The notes under the pieces are model-generated. The model had not been told where the DNA came from, did not search any database, and was given only the letters and a program-made list of their open reading frames with translations. The position numbers and the translations under genes were made by a program. From Candidatus Gottesmanbacteria bacterium (GTDB lineage Bacteria > Patescibacteriota > Microgenomatia > UBA10105 > UBA927), in NCBI GenBank assembly GCA_903821745.1, contig CAIJMI010000005.1:57051-121050 (forward strand): a stretch of 64,000 bases of DNA, read 5' to 3'. Of the stretch, positions 51,662 to 60,570 are shown piece after piece (the first letter of the stretch is position 1; each line of letters opens with the position of its first letter).

Positions 51662-52561
51662 ATGAAGAACGAATGGAAAAAACTCCCTGAAGCATTCTTA
51701 GATCGATTGGAACAAATCGTACCGAAAGATGCAGTAAAAAGGATACTGCATGCGTATACGGTGCAACGAAAAACGACCATTCGGGTTAATACCTTAAAAA
51801 CAACAACCGAAGAACTCTTAACTATATTTAAAGAGCACCATATTATTTATAAACCATCTGACATCTCGCCAATTGCATTTATTATTCAAAATGAAAAGCG
51901 GGATCTTCTTGATCTTGATGCGTATACTAAAGGTCTGTTCTATATTCAAAGCCTCTCAAGTCAACTCCCAGCACTTGCTCTTGATCCAAAGCCAAACGAG
52001 AAAATTCTTGATATCGCAGCAGCGCCAGGGAGCAAAACTACACAAATTGCAGCCATCATGAATAATACCGGTGAAATTGTTGCAAACGACAACAGTAGAA
52101 TCAGAGGATATAAATTAGAAGCAAATCTTAAAACTCAAGGCGTAACAAATACTAAAATAGGTATATCGGCAGGACAAACACTCTGGCAAATATATCCGGA
52201 ATATTTTGACCGCGCACTTGTTGATGCTCCTTGCAGTATGGAAGGAACTTTTACTACAACAAACCCAAAAACGTATGAGCATTGGTCTGTCAAAGAGAAC
52301 AAAGAATTAGTACAGAGACAAAAATGGTTACTCCGATCAGCAATCAGTGCAACAAAACCAGGAGGGATTATTGTCTACTCAACGTGCACACTTGAACCAT
52401 CAGAAAATGAACAGGTTATTGAATGGATATTGAAAAAAGAGAAAGGGCATATTGAACTAGCAAAACCAATGTCTCATATCTATCCGTCTGAAACCATGGA
52501 AGGATTTTTTGTTGCAACCCTTAAAAAAACTTCGTCAACCATCCCTTCGGTACTGCTCTAG
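51662..52561 (+). CDS. RsmB/RsmF (NOL1/NOP2/Sun) RNA m5C methyltransferase
   Basis: IRVNTLK, LDIAAAPGSKT, DAPCS.EG, YSTCT...ENE; start reset to ATG 51662. Confidence 0.92.
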   Translation: MKNEWKKLPEAFLDRLEQIVPKDAVKRILHAYTVQRKTTIRVNTLKTTTEELLTIFKEHHIIYKPSDISPIAFIIQNEKRDLLDLDAYTKGLFYIQSLSSQLPALALDPKPNEKILDIAAAPGSKTTQIAAIMNNTGEIVANDNSRIRGYKLEANLKTQGVTNTKIGISAGQTLWQIYPEYFDRALVDAPCSMEGTFTTTNPKTYEHWSVKENKELVQRQKWLLRSAISATKPGGIIVYSTCTLEPSENEQVIEWILKKEKGHIELAKPMSHIYPSETMEGFFVATLKKTSSTIPSVLL

Positions 52562-52599
52562 TAAACAAAAGTCGTTTACAGTAAAATAAGGAGGTAATA

Positions 52600-52685
52600 G
52601 CCGCGGTGGTGAAACTGGTATACACGCAGGACTTAAAATTCTGTGGGTGTTAAAACCCGTGTGGGTTCGATTCCCGCCCGCGGCA
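52600..52685 (+). tRNA. tRNA-Leu(TAA)
   Basis: GCCGCGG...CCGCGGCA, CAGGA-CTTAAAA-TTCTG. Confidence 0.95.
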
Positions 52686-52714
52686 CAAAAAAATAATCAG
52701 CACAGTGTACTGCC

Positions 52715-53734
52715 ATGATAAAAACATTTCCTTATCTTGAAGTAACCGGCAACAATCATGATCTGGGTCTTGCCATTGGAGAAATGTTTCGAGGAAAAAT
52801 TCAGGAAGTCATATCAGACCGGAAACATTATATTCGTAAATATCAGGAACGATTATCCCAAACGGAAAGTTTTGTAAAAGAAACCAAAAAAGCGTTTCCT
52901 AATCTTATCCGCGAAATTGAAGGAATGGCCGAAGGGGCCGACGTTCCGTTCCTCGATTTATTTTTTCACAATACCCCCGAAGTATACGACAGGACAAGCG
53001 AATGGGACCGGGAACAGGCACAACTAGAAGACCACTGCACCATTGCTGTCAGCTTCACAGAACGAGGTCCACTCATCGGACATAATGAAGACTGGGACAT
53101 TGAAAGTTTGGATGAGCTCTATGTTCTGAAAGCTACAGTCAACGGAACAACCTATCTCGGCCTCAATTATGCAACCTTTATGGTTGGTTGTTCAGCAACA
53201 CTAACCAGTAACGGTCTCGTACAATGTATTAATGAACTACATCAGGAAACACATATCGGTGTTGGGAAATATTTTATATCACGGGCAGTTCTTGATTGCA
53301 AAACGCTTGAGGAAGCAGCGGCCTGCATCCAACACACTCATCGGTCATCAGGGTATAATCACGTCCTTGTACAAGATAAAGAGATAATGGATATTGAAAC
53401 CGCTGGGATGGATATTGATATTGAAAAACAAACATCCAGACCGTACGCGCATACCAATCATTTTATATCCGATCGAATGAAAGTATTTGAAAAAGACGAA
53501 GCGACACATCACAAAAATTCGTATGATCGTTTGACGCGGGCCAATGAGCTCGTTCGAAACGATATGACTGTTGCGGATATGATGGCACTGTTATCTGATA
53601 CAAAAAATTCGATGTATCCTATTTGTCGGGAAGACGCAACAATCGGAGCCGTTATTTTGGAACCGTTACAAAAAAGAATTCATATTTGTTACGGGCCTCC
53701 TAATAGAGGCACTTTTGTTCCATATACGCTATAA
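52715..53734 (+). CDS. Peptidase C45 (acyl-CoA:6-APA acyltransferase-like) Ntn hydrolase
   Basis: EIEGMAEG, H|CT nucleophile, GHNED, HTNHF. Confidence 0.85.
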   Translation: MIKTFPYLEVTGNNHDLGLAIGEMFRGKIQEVISDRKHYIRKYQERLSQTESFVKETKKAFPNLIREIEGMAEGADVPFLDLFFHNTPEVYDRTSEWDREQAQLEDHCTIAVSFTERGPLIGHNEDWDIESLDELYVLKATVNGTTYLGLNYATFMVGCSATLTSNGLVQCINELHQETHIGVGKYFISRAVLDCKTLEEAAACIQHTHRSSGYNHVLVQDKEIMDIETAGMDIDIEKQTSRPYAHTNHFISDRMKVFEKDEATHHKNSYDRLTRANELVRNDMTVADMMALLSDTKNSMYPICREDATIGAVILEPLQKRIHICYGPPNRGTFVPYTL

Positions 53735-53743
53735 TAACGAAAT

Positions 53744-53817
53744 CGGGATGTGGCGCAATTGGCTAGCGCGCATCGTTTGGGACGATGAGGTTGAGAGTTC
53801 AAGTCTCTCCATCCCGA
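53744..53817 (+). tRNA. tRNA-Pro(TGG)
   Basis: CGGGATG...CATCCCGA, CATCG-TTTGGGA-CGATG. Confidence 0.95.
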
Positions 53818-53830
53818 CTGCATAAATTGT

Positions 53831-54880
53831 ATGTTTTCTTCTTACCTACAACAAAAAAAAGAGCTCATTCTCCAAGCTCTTTCAGCCTATATAGCAAGCC
53901 AAAAAAATCAAGATGTCGGAATCAATGAGTGGAAACTTGACGCGCTTGATCGCATTGAGGCGTTCATGCAAAACGGAAAAATGATCCGTGGGACACTCGT
54001 TTATCTCGGAGCTACAATTGCCGAAGCGAAAGATACAGAGGATCTTGCCAATCTTGCCCTTGCTATGGAATTTTTCCAAACAGGACTGTTAATGCACGAC
54101 GACATAATAGACAATGCCACCGCACGAAGAGGTAAACCTACGCTTCATACGACATACACGGAGCTCATGAATAAAAAACAATCCAGATACCCCAAAAATA
54201 CTGGAACATCCTTGGCCATTTTAACAGGGGATATCGCTTTCTTTCTTGGCATGCAACTTTTAACAAAGCTACAAAATCAATCATTGGCAACATTTTGTAC
54301 AAAAGAATTACAAACTGTCAGTTATGCCCAAATGCTTGATGTGGCATTAGGAGCCAGCAACAGACCGGCAAAATCAATAAACGACATATTGAAAATGTAC
54401 CAGAATAAAACAGGCAGATATTCAATATTACTTCCTCTAACAATCGGAGCAATGATGGGAAAAGCAAACGCTCAAACACTCAAACACATAGCTAAAAGTA
54501 GCGAAGCATTAGGAATTGCTTTTCAGCTTGTTGACGACTCGCTTGATATATTCGGAAACGAGCAAATAACAGGAAAAACGATAGGCACAGACATACAGGA
54601 AGGGAAACAAACACCCTATATCCATTTTCTACGCGCTCTGGGAGACGAAACGATTACCCAACACATTCAAGAATTGTTTAATAAAGGCACTATTACCCCT
54701 GAAGATATGGTGTGGGTAAAACAAAAAATTAAAAAAACTGGGATAGATAAAAAAATTGTTGCGATGATTTCTGAATACAAAACACAAGCAATTGAAGCAA
54801 TCACACGCATTCCAATGAAAAACGAAACACAAAAACTTACGCTGTCATTTGTCGAGTACCTTACAAACCGTATACAATAA
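53831..54880 (+). CDS. Polyprenyl diphosphate synthase
   Basis: GK.IR, HDDIID....RRG, KT..Y, FQLVDD.LD, D..EGK. Confidence 0.92.
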   Translation: MFSSYLQQKKELILQALSAYIASQKNQDVGINEWKLDALDRIEAFMQNGKMIRGTLVYLGATIAEAKDTEDLANLALAMEFFQTGLLMHDDIIDNATARRGKPTLHTTYTELMNKKQSRYPKNTGTSLAILTGDIAFFLGMQLLTKLQNQSLATFCTKELQTVSYAQMLDVALGASNRPAKSINDILKMYQNKTGRYSILLPLTIGAMMGKANAQTLKHIAKSSEALGIAFQLVDDSLDIFGNEQITGKTIGTDIQEGKQTPYIHFLRALGDETITQHIQELFNKGTITPEDMVWVKQKIKKTGIDKKIVAMISEYKTQAIEAITRIPMKNETQKLTLSFVEYLTNRIQ

Positions 54881-54884
54881 AGAT

Positions 54885-55325
54885 ATGAATCCAAAAATTA
54901 TCATTCTGGTTGGTCTGTTTCTTCTCAGTATCTTTTCTTTTTGGTTTTATACCCGCCATCCATTAAGTGGTACGGTAACAATTAAAAATACGATCTTTAT
55001 CGTTGACGTAGCCGTCACAAATATCGAAAAAGAAAAAGGGTTGGGGTATCGCAAAAATCTTGAACCAAAACATGGAATGCTGTTTGTCTACGATCATCAA
55101 GAAATCTTTCCTTTTTGGATGAAAGGAATGAATTTTCCCCTTGATTTTATCTGGCTTCAAGGTAACATTATTGTCGATATCACAAAAAATGTACAACCAC
55201 CAAATGGACTGGATATGCATGTTGTTAAACCGACCGTGAAAGTCGACAAAATACTAGAACTGAACGCGGGCGAAGTAGATGCCTATAACATTAAAATAGG
55301 GGATACAGTTTTATATAATAAATAG
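54885..55325 (+). CDS. DUF192 family protein
   Basis: GL..R..L....GMLF, FWMK.M.FPLD, ILELNAG; start reset to ATG 54885. Confidence 0.88.
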   Translation: MNPKIIILVGLFLLSIFSFWFYTRHPLSGTVTIKNTIFIVDVAVTNIEKEKGLGYRKNLEPKHGMLFVYDHQEIFPFWMKGMNFPLDFIWLQGNIIVDITKNVQPPNGLDMHVVKPTVKVDKILELNAGEVDAYNIKIGDTVLYNK

Positions 55326-55371
55326 ATGTGTTGAGCGTAACACAAAGTCTTTGGTATAATAGCAAAAGTTC

Positions 55372-55446
55372 GCGGCATTAGTTCACTGGTAGAACGCAAC
55401 TTTTCCAAAGTTGATGTAAGGGGTCCGATTCCCCTATGCCGCTCCA
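55372..55446 (+). tRNA. tRNA-Gly(TCC), CCA encoded
   Basis: GCGGCAT...ATGCCGCTCCA, CAACT-TTTCCAA-AGTTG. Confidence 0.93.
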
Positions 55447-55491
55447 AATCACATCGCTCTCAATCCCCATTCGTAGTATAATTCCCATATA

Positions 55492-55563
55492 GCTCCCGTA
55501 GTTCAACGGATAGAACAAGCCCCTTCTAAGGGTTAAATGGAGGTTCGATTCCCCCCGGGAGCG
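55492..55563 (+). tRNA. tRNA-Arg(TCT)
   Basis: GCTCCCG...CGGGAGCG, AGCCC-CTTCTAA-GGGTT. Confidence 0.93.
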
Positions 55564-55573
55564 CTCTTTCTTT

Positions 55574-57286
55574 ATGATTCAACTTCTTATTACTATCTGT
55601 CTACTCATATTTCTTCAAACCAACGTTCAGGCTATTTATGATCCGCTATCCGTTGCAAATAATAAATACGGCATACACATAACCGATCAAAATGACATTT
55701 CGGCAACACACGATCTCGTGAACTCAACCAATGGAGATTGGGGATACGTCACCGTTGTCATTACTGACAATGACTTAAATAGAAATAAATGGCAGGAAGT
55801 ATTTAATACCATGCGTCGAAAACATCTTATTCCCTTAGTGCGTATCGCAACACATGTTGAAGGAGATGCCTGGGTTATTCCCCAGGAAGTCAATATTGAT
55901 AAATGGGTGGATTTTTTAAACAGCTTAAATTGGCCAATAGAAAATCGGTACGTTATTTTATTTAACGAACCAAATCACGCAAACGAATGGGGAAATACAT
56001 TAGACCCAGCAAGATACGGTGACCTTTTGATCAAATTTTCTCAGGCCTTAAAGAATGTTTCAAACGATTTCTTTATTCTTCCTGCTGGTCTTGATGCATC
56101 AGCCGCAAACGATGGAGCAACAATGGACGAAAAAACATATCTTACACAACTTTTTTCAAACTACCCGGATCTTTTCAACTATATCGATGGTTGGACATCC
56201 CACGCATACCCTAATCCCGCATTTTCAGGTTCTCCCAATGCTCTTGGTAAGGGAACGCTTGCGACATTTGCGTGGGAACGCGAATTGATCCGCTCATTTG
56301 GTATCACAAAAAAGTTACCCATATTTATCACAGAAACGGGATGGGAACACAGTGAGGGAAAATATTTGAACAACCGTTTATTATCATCTAACATTATCGC
56401 AAGTTACCTCCAGACAGCGGCCTCAGGCATTTGGACCGATAGGGATATTGTTGCAATCACTCCGTTTCTTCTAAATTATCAAGACAATCCTTTTGATCAT
56501 TTTTCCTGGAGAAAATTAAATTCAGCCGACTACTATCCTGAATATTATTCCTACCAGTCCTTACCAAAAACAGCTGGTACACCAAAACAGCGTGAAGTAT
56601 ATCAATTCACCCCATCACTATTTCCAGACTCCCTTGTTGTACATTCAACATATACACTGGAAACAACCTTACAAAACCTAGGCCAAAGCATTATTGAACC
56701 AAACAACGGGTATATCTTAACAATTCGTGATGAGACAAACCTCTTTGATGTCTTTACAGAACCGCTTCCAGTTCTCGAACCAAACGAAAAAGGCAGAGTC
56801 CGAGCCTTTATAAAAACACCAAAAGCAGAAGGAGACTACATAGTAACAACAATGATTACCCATGGAAGCATTCGCGTTCCCATTGAAACGAAAACAATAC
56901 ACATCATCCCTCCACCTTCAGCTGATCTATCCGTACAACTGGGATGGAGAAAAAACAGTGATAATCAGATCGCAACCGTTCTTCTATATGACACAAAAGA
57001 CACGCTCCTTCATAAATTTACGGACATTCGGATTCAAAACAATCACCTGAGTATTACCGGTTTTTATCAAGTGAAGCCTGGTGAAAAATACCGCGTTGTT
57101 GTCCTTGTTCCATACTATTTACCACGCCAAGCAATCATCACGATGCAAACAGAAGCCAACGTTTGGTCGGTAAAGCGTCTCTATCCGTTTGACTTTAACC
57201 GTGACGGCAAGTTGACTGTTCAAGACATCATTGCATTACTTCTGATGTCACCAAATATAGTCATACAATTATTTTTACATTCCTGA
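55574..57286 (+). CDS. Secreted clan GH-A glycoside hydrolase-like protein with Ig-like and dockerin-like C-terminus
   Basis: Signal peptide; FNEPN acid/base, SHAYP, ITETGW nucleophile; DFNRDGKLTVQD. Confidence 0.72.
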   Translation: MIQLLITICLLIFLQTNVQAIYDPLSVANNKYGIHITDQNDISATHDLVNSTNGDWGYVTVVITDNDLNRNKWQEVFNTMRRKHLIPLVRIATHVEGDAWVIPQEVNIDKWVDFLNSLNWPIENRYVILFNEPNHANEWGNTLDPARYGDLLIKFSQALKNVSNDFFILPAGLDASAANDGATMDEKTYLTQLFSNYPDLFNYIDGWTSHAYPNPAFSGSPNALGKGTLATFAWERELIRSFGITKKLPIFITETGWEHSEGKYLNNRLLSSNIIASYLQTAASGIWTDRDIVAITPFLLNYQDNPFDHFSWRKLNSADYYPEYYSYQSLPKTAGTPKQREVYQFTPSLFPDSLVVHSTYTLETTLQNLGQSIIEPNNGYILTIRDETNLFDVFTEPLPVLEPNEKGRVRAFIKTPKAEGDYIVTTMITHGSIRVPIETKTIHIIPPPSADLSVQLGWRKNSDNQIATVLLYDTKDTLLHKFTDIRIQNNHLSITGFYQVKPGEKYRVVVLVPYYLPRQAIITMQTEANVWSVKRLYPFDFNRDGKLTVQDIIALLLMSPNIVIQLFLHS

Positions 57287-57337
57287 ATGCTTCACGAACA
57301 AGCAAAAGTACGATATACTCAAAGGTGGAAAACCAAT

Positions 57338-57416
57338 GGTGACTGTAGCTCAGCCCGGTTAGAGCGCCTCCCTGTGGAGGAGGATGTCGAGGGTCCGAAT
57401 CCCTTCAGTCACCCCA
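57338..57416 (+). tRNA. tRNA-His(GTG), G-1 and CCA encoded
   Basis: G-GTGACTG...CAGTCAC-C-CCA; CCTCC-CTGTGGA-GGAGG. Confidence 0.95.
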
Positions 57417-57889
57417 TGAACGATAAAGACTTTTTGAAATTAGCAGTTGAACAAGCAAAAAAATCCGTTGAAATGGGAGGATTTCCTGCTGGTGCAGTCA
57501 TTGTCAAAAATGGACAAGTAATAGCAGAAGGAATCAGTCTTGGATACACGCTTCATGATCCCACAGAACATGCAGAAACGTCCGCGATCAAGAAAGCCTG
57601 CAAAACGATTGGCTCTTCCAATTTAGAAGGCGCCACTCTCTATGAATCCTTGGAATGTTGCACCATGTGTTTTTCGGTGAGCAATTGGGCAGGAATTTCA
57701 AGAATCGTCTATGCCTGTAGAAAAACACCGGATATGGTGAACAAACAATACTATGAAGGCATGACCAAAAACGAAGATATAAACGCTACGAACAACAATA
57801 AAATAGACCTTGTATTCATTCCTGAATTTGAACAAGAATGTTTAGATATGGTAAAAGACTGGGAACAAAAACAAACAAAAGCCTCCTAA
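57416..57889 (+). CDS. Zinc-dependent nucleoside deaminase (guanine deaminase/TadA fold)
   Basis: P.GAVIV, DPT.HAE..AI, ECCTMC; ATG overlaps the tRNA-His terminal A. Confidence 0.85.
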   Translation: MNDKDFLKLAVEQAKKSVEMGGFPAGAVIVKNGQVIAEGISLGYTLHDPTEHAETSAIKKACKTIGSSNLEGATLYESLECCTMCFSVSNWAGISRIVYACRKTPDMVNKQYYEGMTKNEDINATNNNKIDLVFIPEFEQECLDMVKDWEQKQTKAS

Positions 57890-57960
57890 ACGCTAGCGGT
57901 TTTACCAAATAATGATATCGGAGATTCTCTTGTGTATAATAGAGACAAGTTTTAATTTTT

Positions 57961-59538
57961 ATGCAATTATCAAATACCGTTGAGAATTTACTTGCAGTTT
58001 TTGAAACTGATCGCATCCAATCCAAAGGAGAAAGTGGAATCTCCGTTTCCCGCACCGTATCTGCCCTTGCTACCCTTTATGAAAAAGCTCGAAATGCTGT
58101 GGAATTTCGAGCGGAGCACTTAGTTAGACGAGCTGCAATTGAACGTATCCTCAAACGCCGAATAATGCTTGGCGAAAACGCTGAGACTATTGCCGAAAAT
58201 TTAGGCATCGAGCTCATGTGGGCAAAATACATTGATAGCTCACTTATTACAGAACAAAAGGGGAAAGAGCTCACTGCCATCATCAGACGCTATCTCTTTA
58301 TTCGGCAAAACGTGTTTGGAACATCTGGAAAAAGAAAAGACCTCACATGGGGAATGATGCTTGGACTTGCTTCATCAGAAATTGATGAAACAATCGTATC
58401 ACCACAAAAACGTGCAGCATTAGTTAATTTTGTGTATCAAGCATTTAAAGACAGAATTAAAATTCCACGACTTGATGGGAAACAACACGATATCCAAACG
58501 TATATTGCGGTGGAACGCGCATTTGCTCAAGCAGATAACGCGCTCATTTCATATCATCTTCTCCATATCATGTATCCAGCATGGTTCACTGTTCAAGATG
58601 ACACGATCGCACAACATATAGATCAATTTCTTGATCAGATGCAATACATCCAGGATAATTTATTTTTACGGGTCAATGCACCAATCGTCCGACATCTGCG
58701 TTCCCAGCTTCCACCATACCGCCTAATCCGCGATTTGTTCCTTGAACAAAAAGAATCAGAACTACGAGAAATCATCAACGATTCTGAAAAACTCGACACA
58801 GCTCTGACCACGCTTGCAAATAAACGGTATCACGAAATCGGAGCAAAAGTACGACGAGCAGTTCTTAGAAGCATCATTTATATATTTTTGACTAAAATGA
58901 TACTTGCACTGGCTCTTGAGGCACCATATGACATGTTTGTCGCCAAAAAGGTTGCATACATACCGCTTCTGATTAATCTCTTATTTCCACCAATACTGCT
59001 TTATTTTGTTGCAGGATTTATTAAAATTCCTGGGCTTGATAATACAAAGTTACTTGTTGCTAAAGCAAAAGACATATTACATTATTTTGACACCGCAAAA
59101 GTTTCAGGTGGTATTTATACAGGAGCAGTAAAAAACAACCGACCAATCCTTTCAGCAATATTTACCATGTTCTATATTGCTGCATTTGCAGTAGTATTCG
59201 GCCTTATTACACTGGGACTAACACGCTTACACTTTACACTCGTTAGTCAAATTATCTTTGTATTTTTTGTTGCCTTGGTTTCCATATTTGCATATCGAAT
59301 TAGACAGTCAGCAAAGGAATATGAAGTTATTGAACATCAGGGCATTCTTGAACCACTCATCGATTTCTTCTTTTTACCAATTCTTCGTGCTGGAGACATG
59401 CTATCCAAAGAAATTGCAAAAATTAACTTCTTTATTTTCCTTTTCGATTTTGTCCTCGAAGCGCCACTCAAAGTTATCTTTGGGGTTGTTGAGGAATGGA
59501 TCCGTTTTATACGGATGAAAAAAGAAGAAATCTTGTAA
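57961..59538 (+). CDS. Hypothetical membrane protein (helical N-terminus, several C-terminal TMs)
   Basis: 525 aa ORF with four or more hydrophobic segments. Confidence 0.8.
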   Translation: MQLSNTVENLLAVFETDRIQSKGESGISVSRTVSALATLYEKARNAVEFRAEHLVRRAAIERILKRRIMLGENAETIAENLGIELMWAKYIDSSLITEQKGKELTAIIRRYLFIRQNVFGTSGKRKDLTWGMMLGLASSEIDETIVSPQKRAALVNFVYQAFKDRIKIPRLDGKQHDIQTYIAVERAFAQADNALISYHLLHIMYPAWFTVQDDTIAQHIDQFLDQMQYIQDNLFLRVNAPIVRHLRSQLPPYRLIRDLFLEQKESELREIINDSEKLDTALTTLANKRYHEIGAKVRRAVLRSIIYIFLTKMILALALEAPYDMFVAKKVAYIPLLINLLFPPILLYFVAGFIKIPGLDNTKLLVAKAKDILHYFDTAKVSGGIYTGAVKNNRPILSAIFTMFYIAAFAVVFGLITLGLTRLHFTLVSQIIFVFFVALVSIFAYRIRQSAKEYEVIEHQGILEPLIDFFFLPILRAGDMLSKEIAKINFFIFLFDFVLEAPLKVIFGVVEEWIRFIRMKKEEIL

Positions 59539-59547
59539 TAATCGTTC

Positions 59548-60570
59548 ATGAAACAATTGTCTTCTGAAGAACTACTTACAAAAATCGAAAAAGCGCACCT
59601 CGTGGGTCGTGGCGGAAGCGGCTATTCAACGGCGACAAAATGGAAAGAGATGTTTGCAAAACATCATGACAGCATCTATATGGCGGTCAATGGATCTGAA
59701 GGAGAGCCTGGGACACTCAAGGACGGATACATTTTAAAAAATTGTCTACCTGACCTTTTATACGGTATTTCCCAAGCTTACGTTATTTTCCCGCAGACAA
59801 AATCCATATATCTCTATCTTCGAAAAGATTATTTTGAAACGTATAAAGACGCGATAGAAAATGAGCTCAAAAATTCAGTTCCAACACTTCCCCTTCTTAT
59901 GTTTAAAGAACCAGGCGGATATCTTTGCGGTGAAAACACGGTTCTTGTAAATGCAATTGAACAAAAACGGTTAGAGCCACGAAGAAAACCACCATATATT
60001 TCGGAAAAAGGATTATTTGATAAACCAACAATCGTTAACAATCTGGAAACTTTTTATCAAATAGGGAAAATTGCAAAAGACGAATATCGCGATACGAGGT
60101 TGTATTCAATTACTGGGGCCATTACAAATCCCGGAGTGTATGAAGAAGCCAATACCATTACCGTTTTTGAGCTTCTTGCTAAAACAAATAATGTACTCGG
60201 CGACACCATGTTTGTGCAGCTTGGCGGGGGAGCAAGCGGAATATATCTTACCAAAGAAGAACTGGCACAAACACCAGCCAACCGAGGCACCGGAGCACTC
60301 ATTATATATGACAGTACCACATGCTCATTTCTTTCCCTTCTGACGGAAAAGCTTCAATTTTTAATTGGAGAAAATTGTGGAAAATGTACACCTTGCAGAG
60401 AAGGGTTGTACCGTATGCACGAAATGGTAACAAAGGGACAATGGAATGAAACGCTTGCCAAGGACATTGCCGAAACGCTTGCCAAAACGAGTTTTTGCGG
60501 TCTTGGCGTGGGCGCTGGAAATGCGTTCGTCAGTTTATTTACAAAAAAGGATCAACTATGGAAAAAATAA
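59548..60570 (+). CDS. NuoF/HydB-like NADH-binding flavoprotein subunit (minimal)
   Basis: GRGGSG, SEGEPGTLKD, YLCGE, NNLET, NCGKCTPCREG..CGLG. Confidence 0.9.
   Translation: MKQLSSEELLTKIEKAHLVGRGGSGYSTATKWKEMFAKHHDSIYMAVNGSEGEPGTLKDGYILKNCLPDLLYGISQAYVIFPQTKSIYLYLRKDYFETYKDAIENELKNSVPTLPLLMFKEPGGYLCGENTVLVNAIEQKRLEPRRKPPYISEKGLFDKPTIVNNLETFYQIGKIAKDEYRDTRLYSITGAITNPGVYEEANTITVFELLAKTNNVLGDTMFVQLGGGASGIYLTKEELAQTPANRGTGALIIYDSTTCSFLSLLTEKLQFLIGENCGKCTPCREGLYRMHEMVTKGQWNETLAKDIAETLAKTSFCGLGVGAGNAFVSLFTKKDQLWKK

Noticed and set aside
51505-51780. 91-aa minus ORF and the 5' extension of the methyltransferase ORF
   Set aside because: Both run through tRNA-Leu(CAG); the likely start is ATG 51662
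57287-57415. N-terminal extension of the deaminase ORF
   Set aside because: It translates tRNA-His and its promoter; family homology begins at MNDKDF
59548-60570. Respiratory complex I NuoF
   Set aside because: No other nuo genes; it overlaps a gene carrying H-cluster motifs, so a hydrogenase partner fits better
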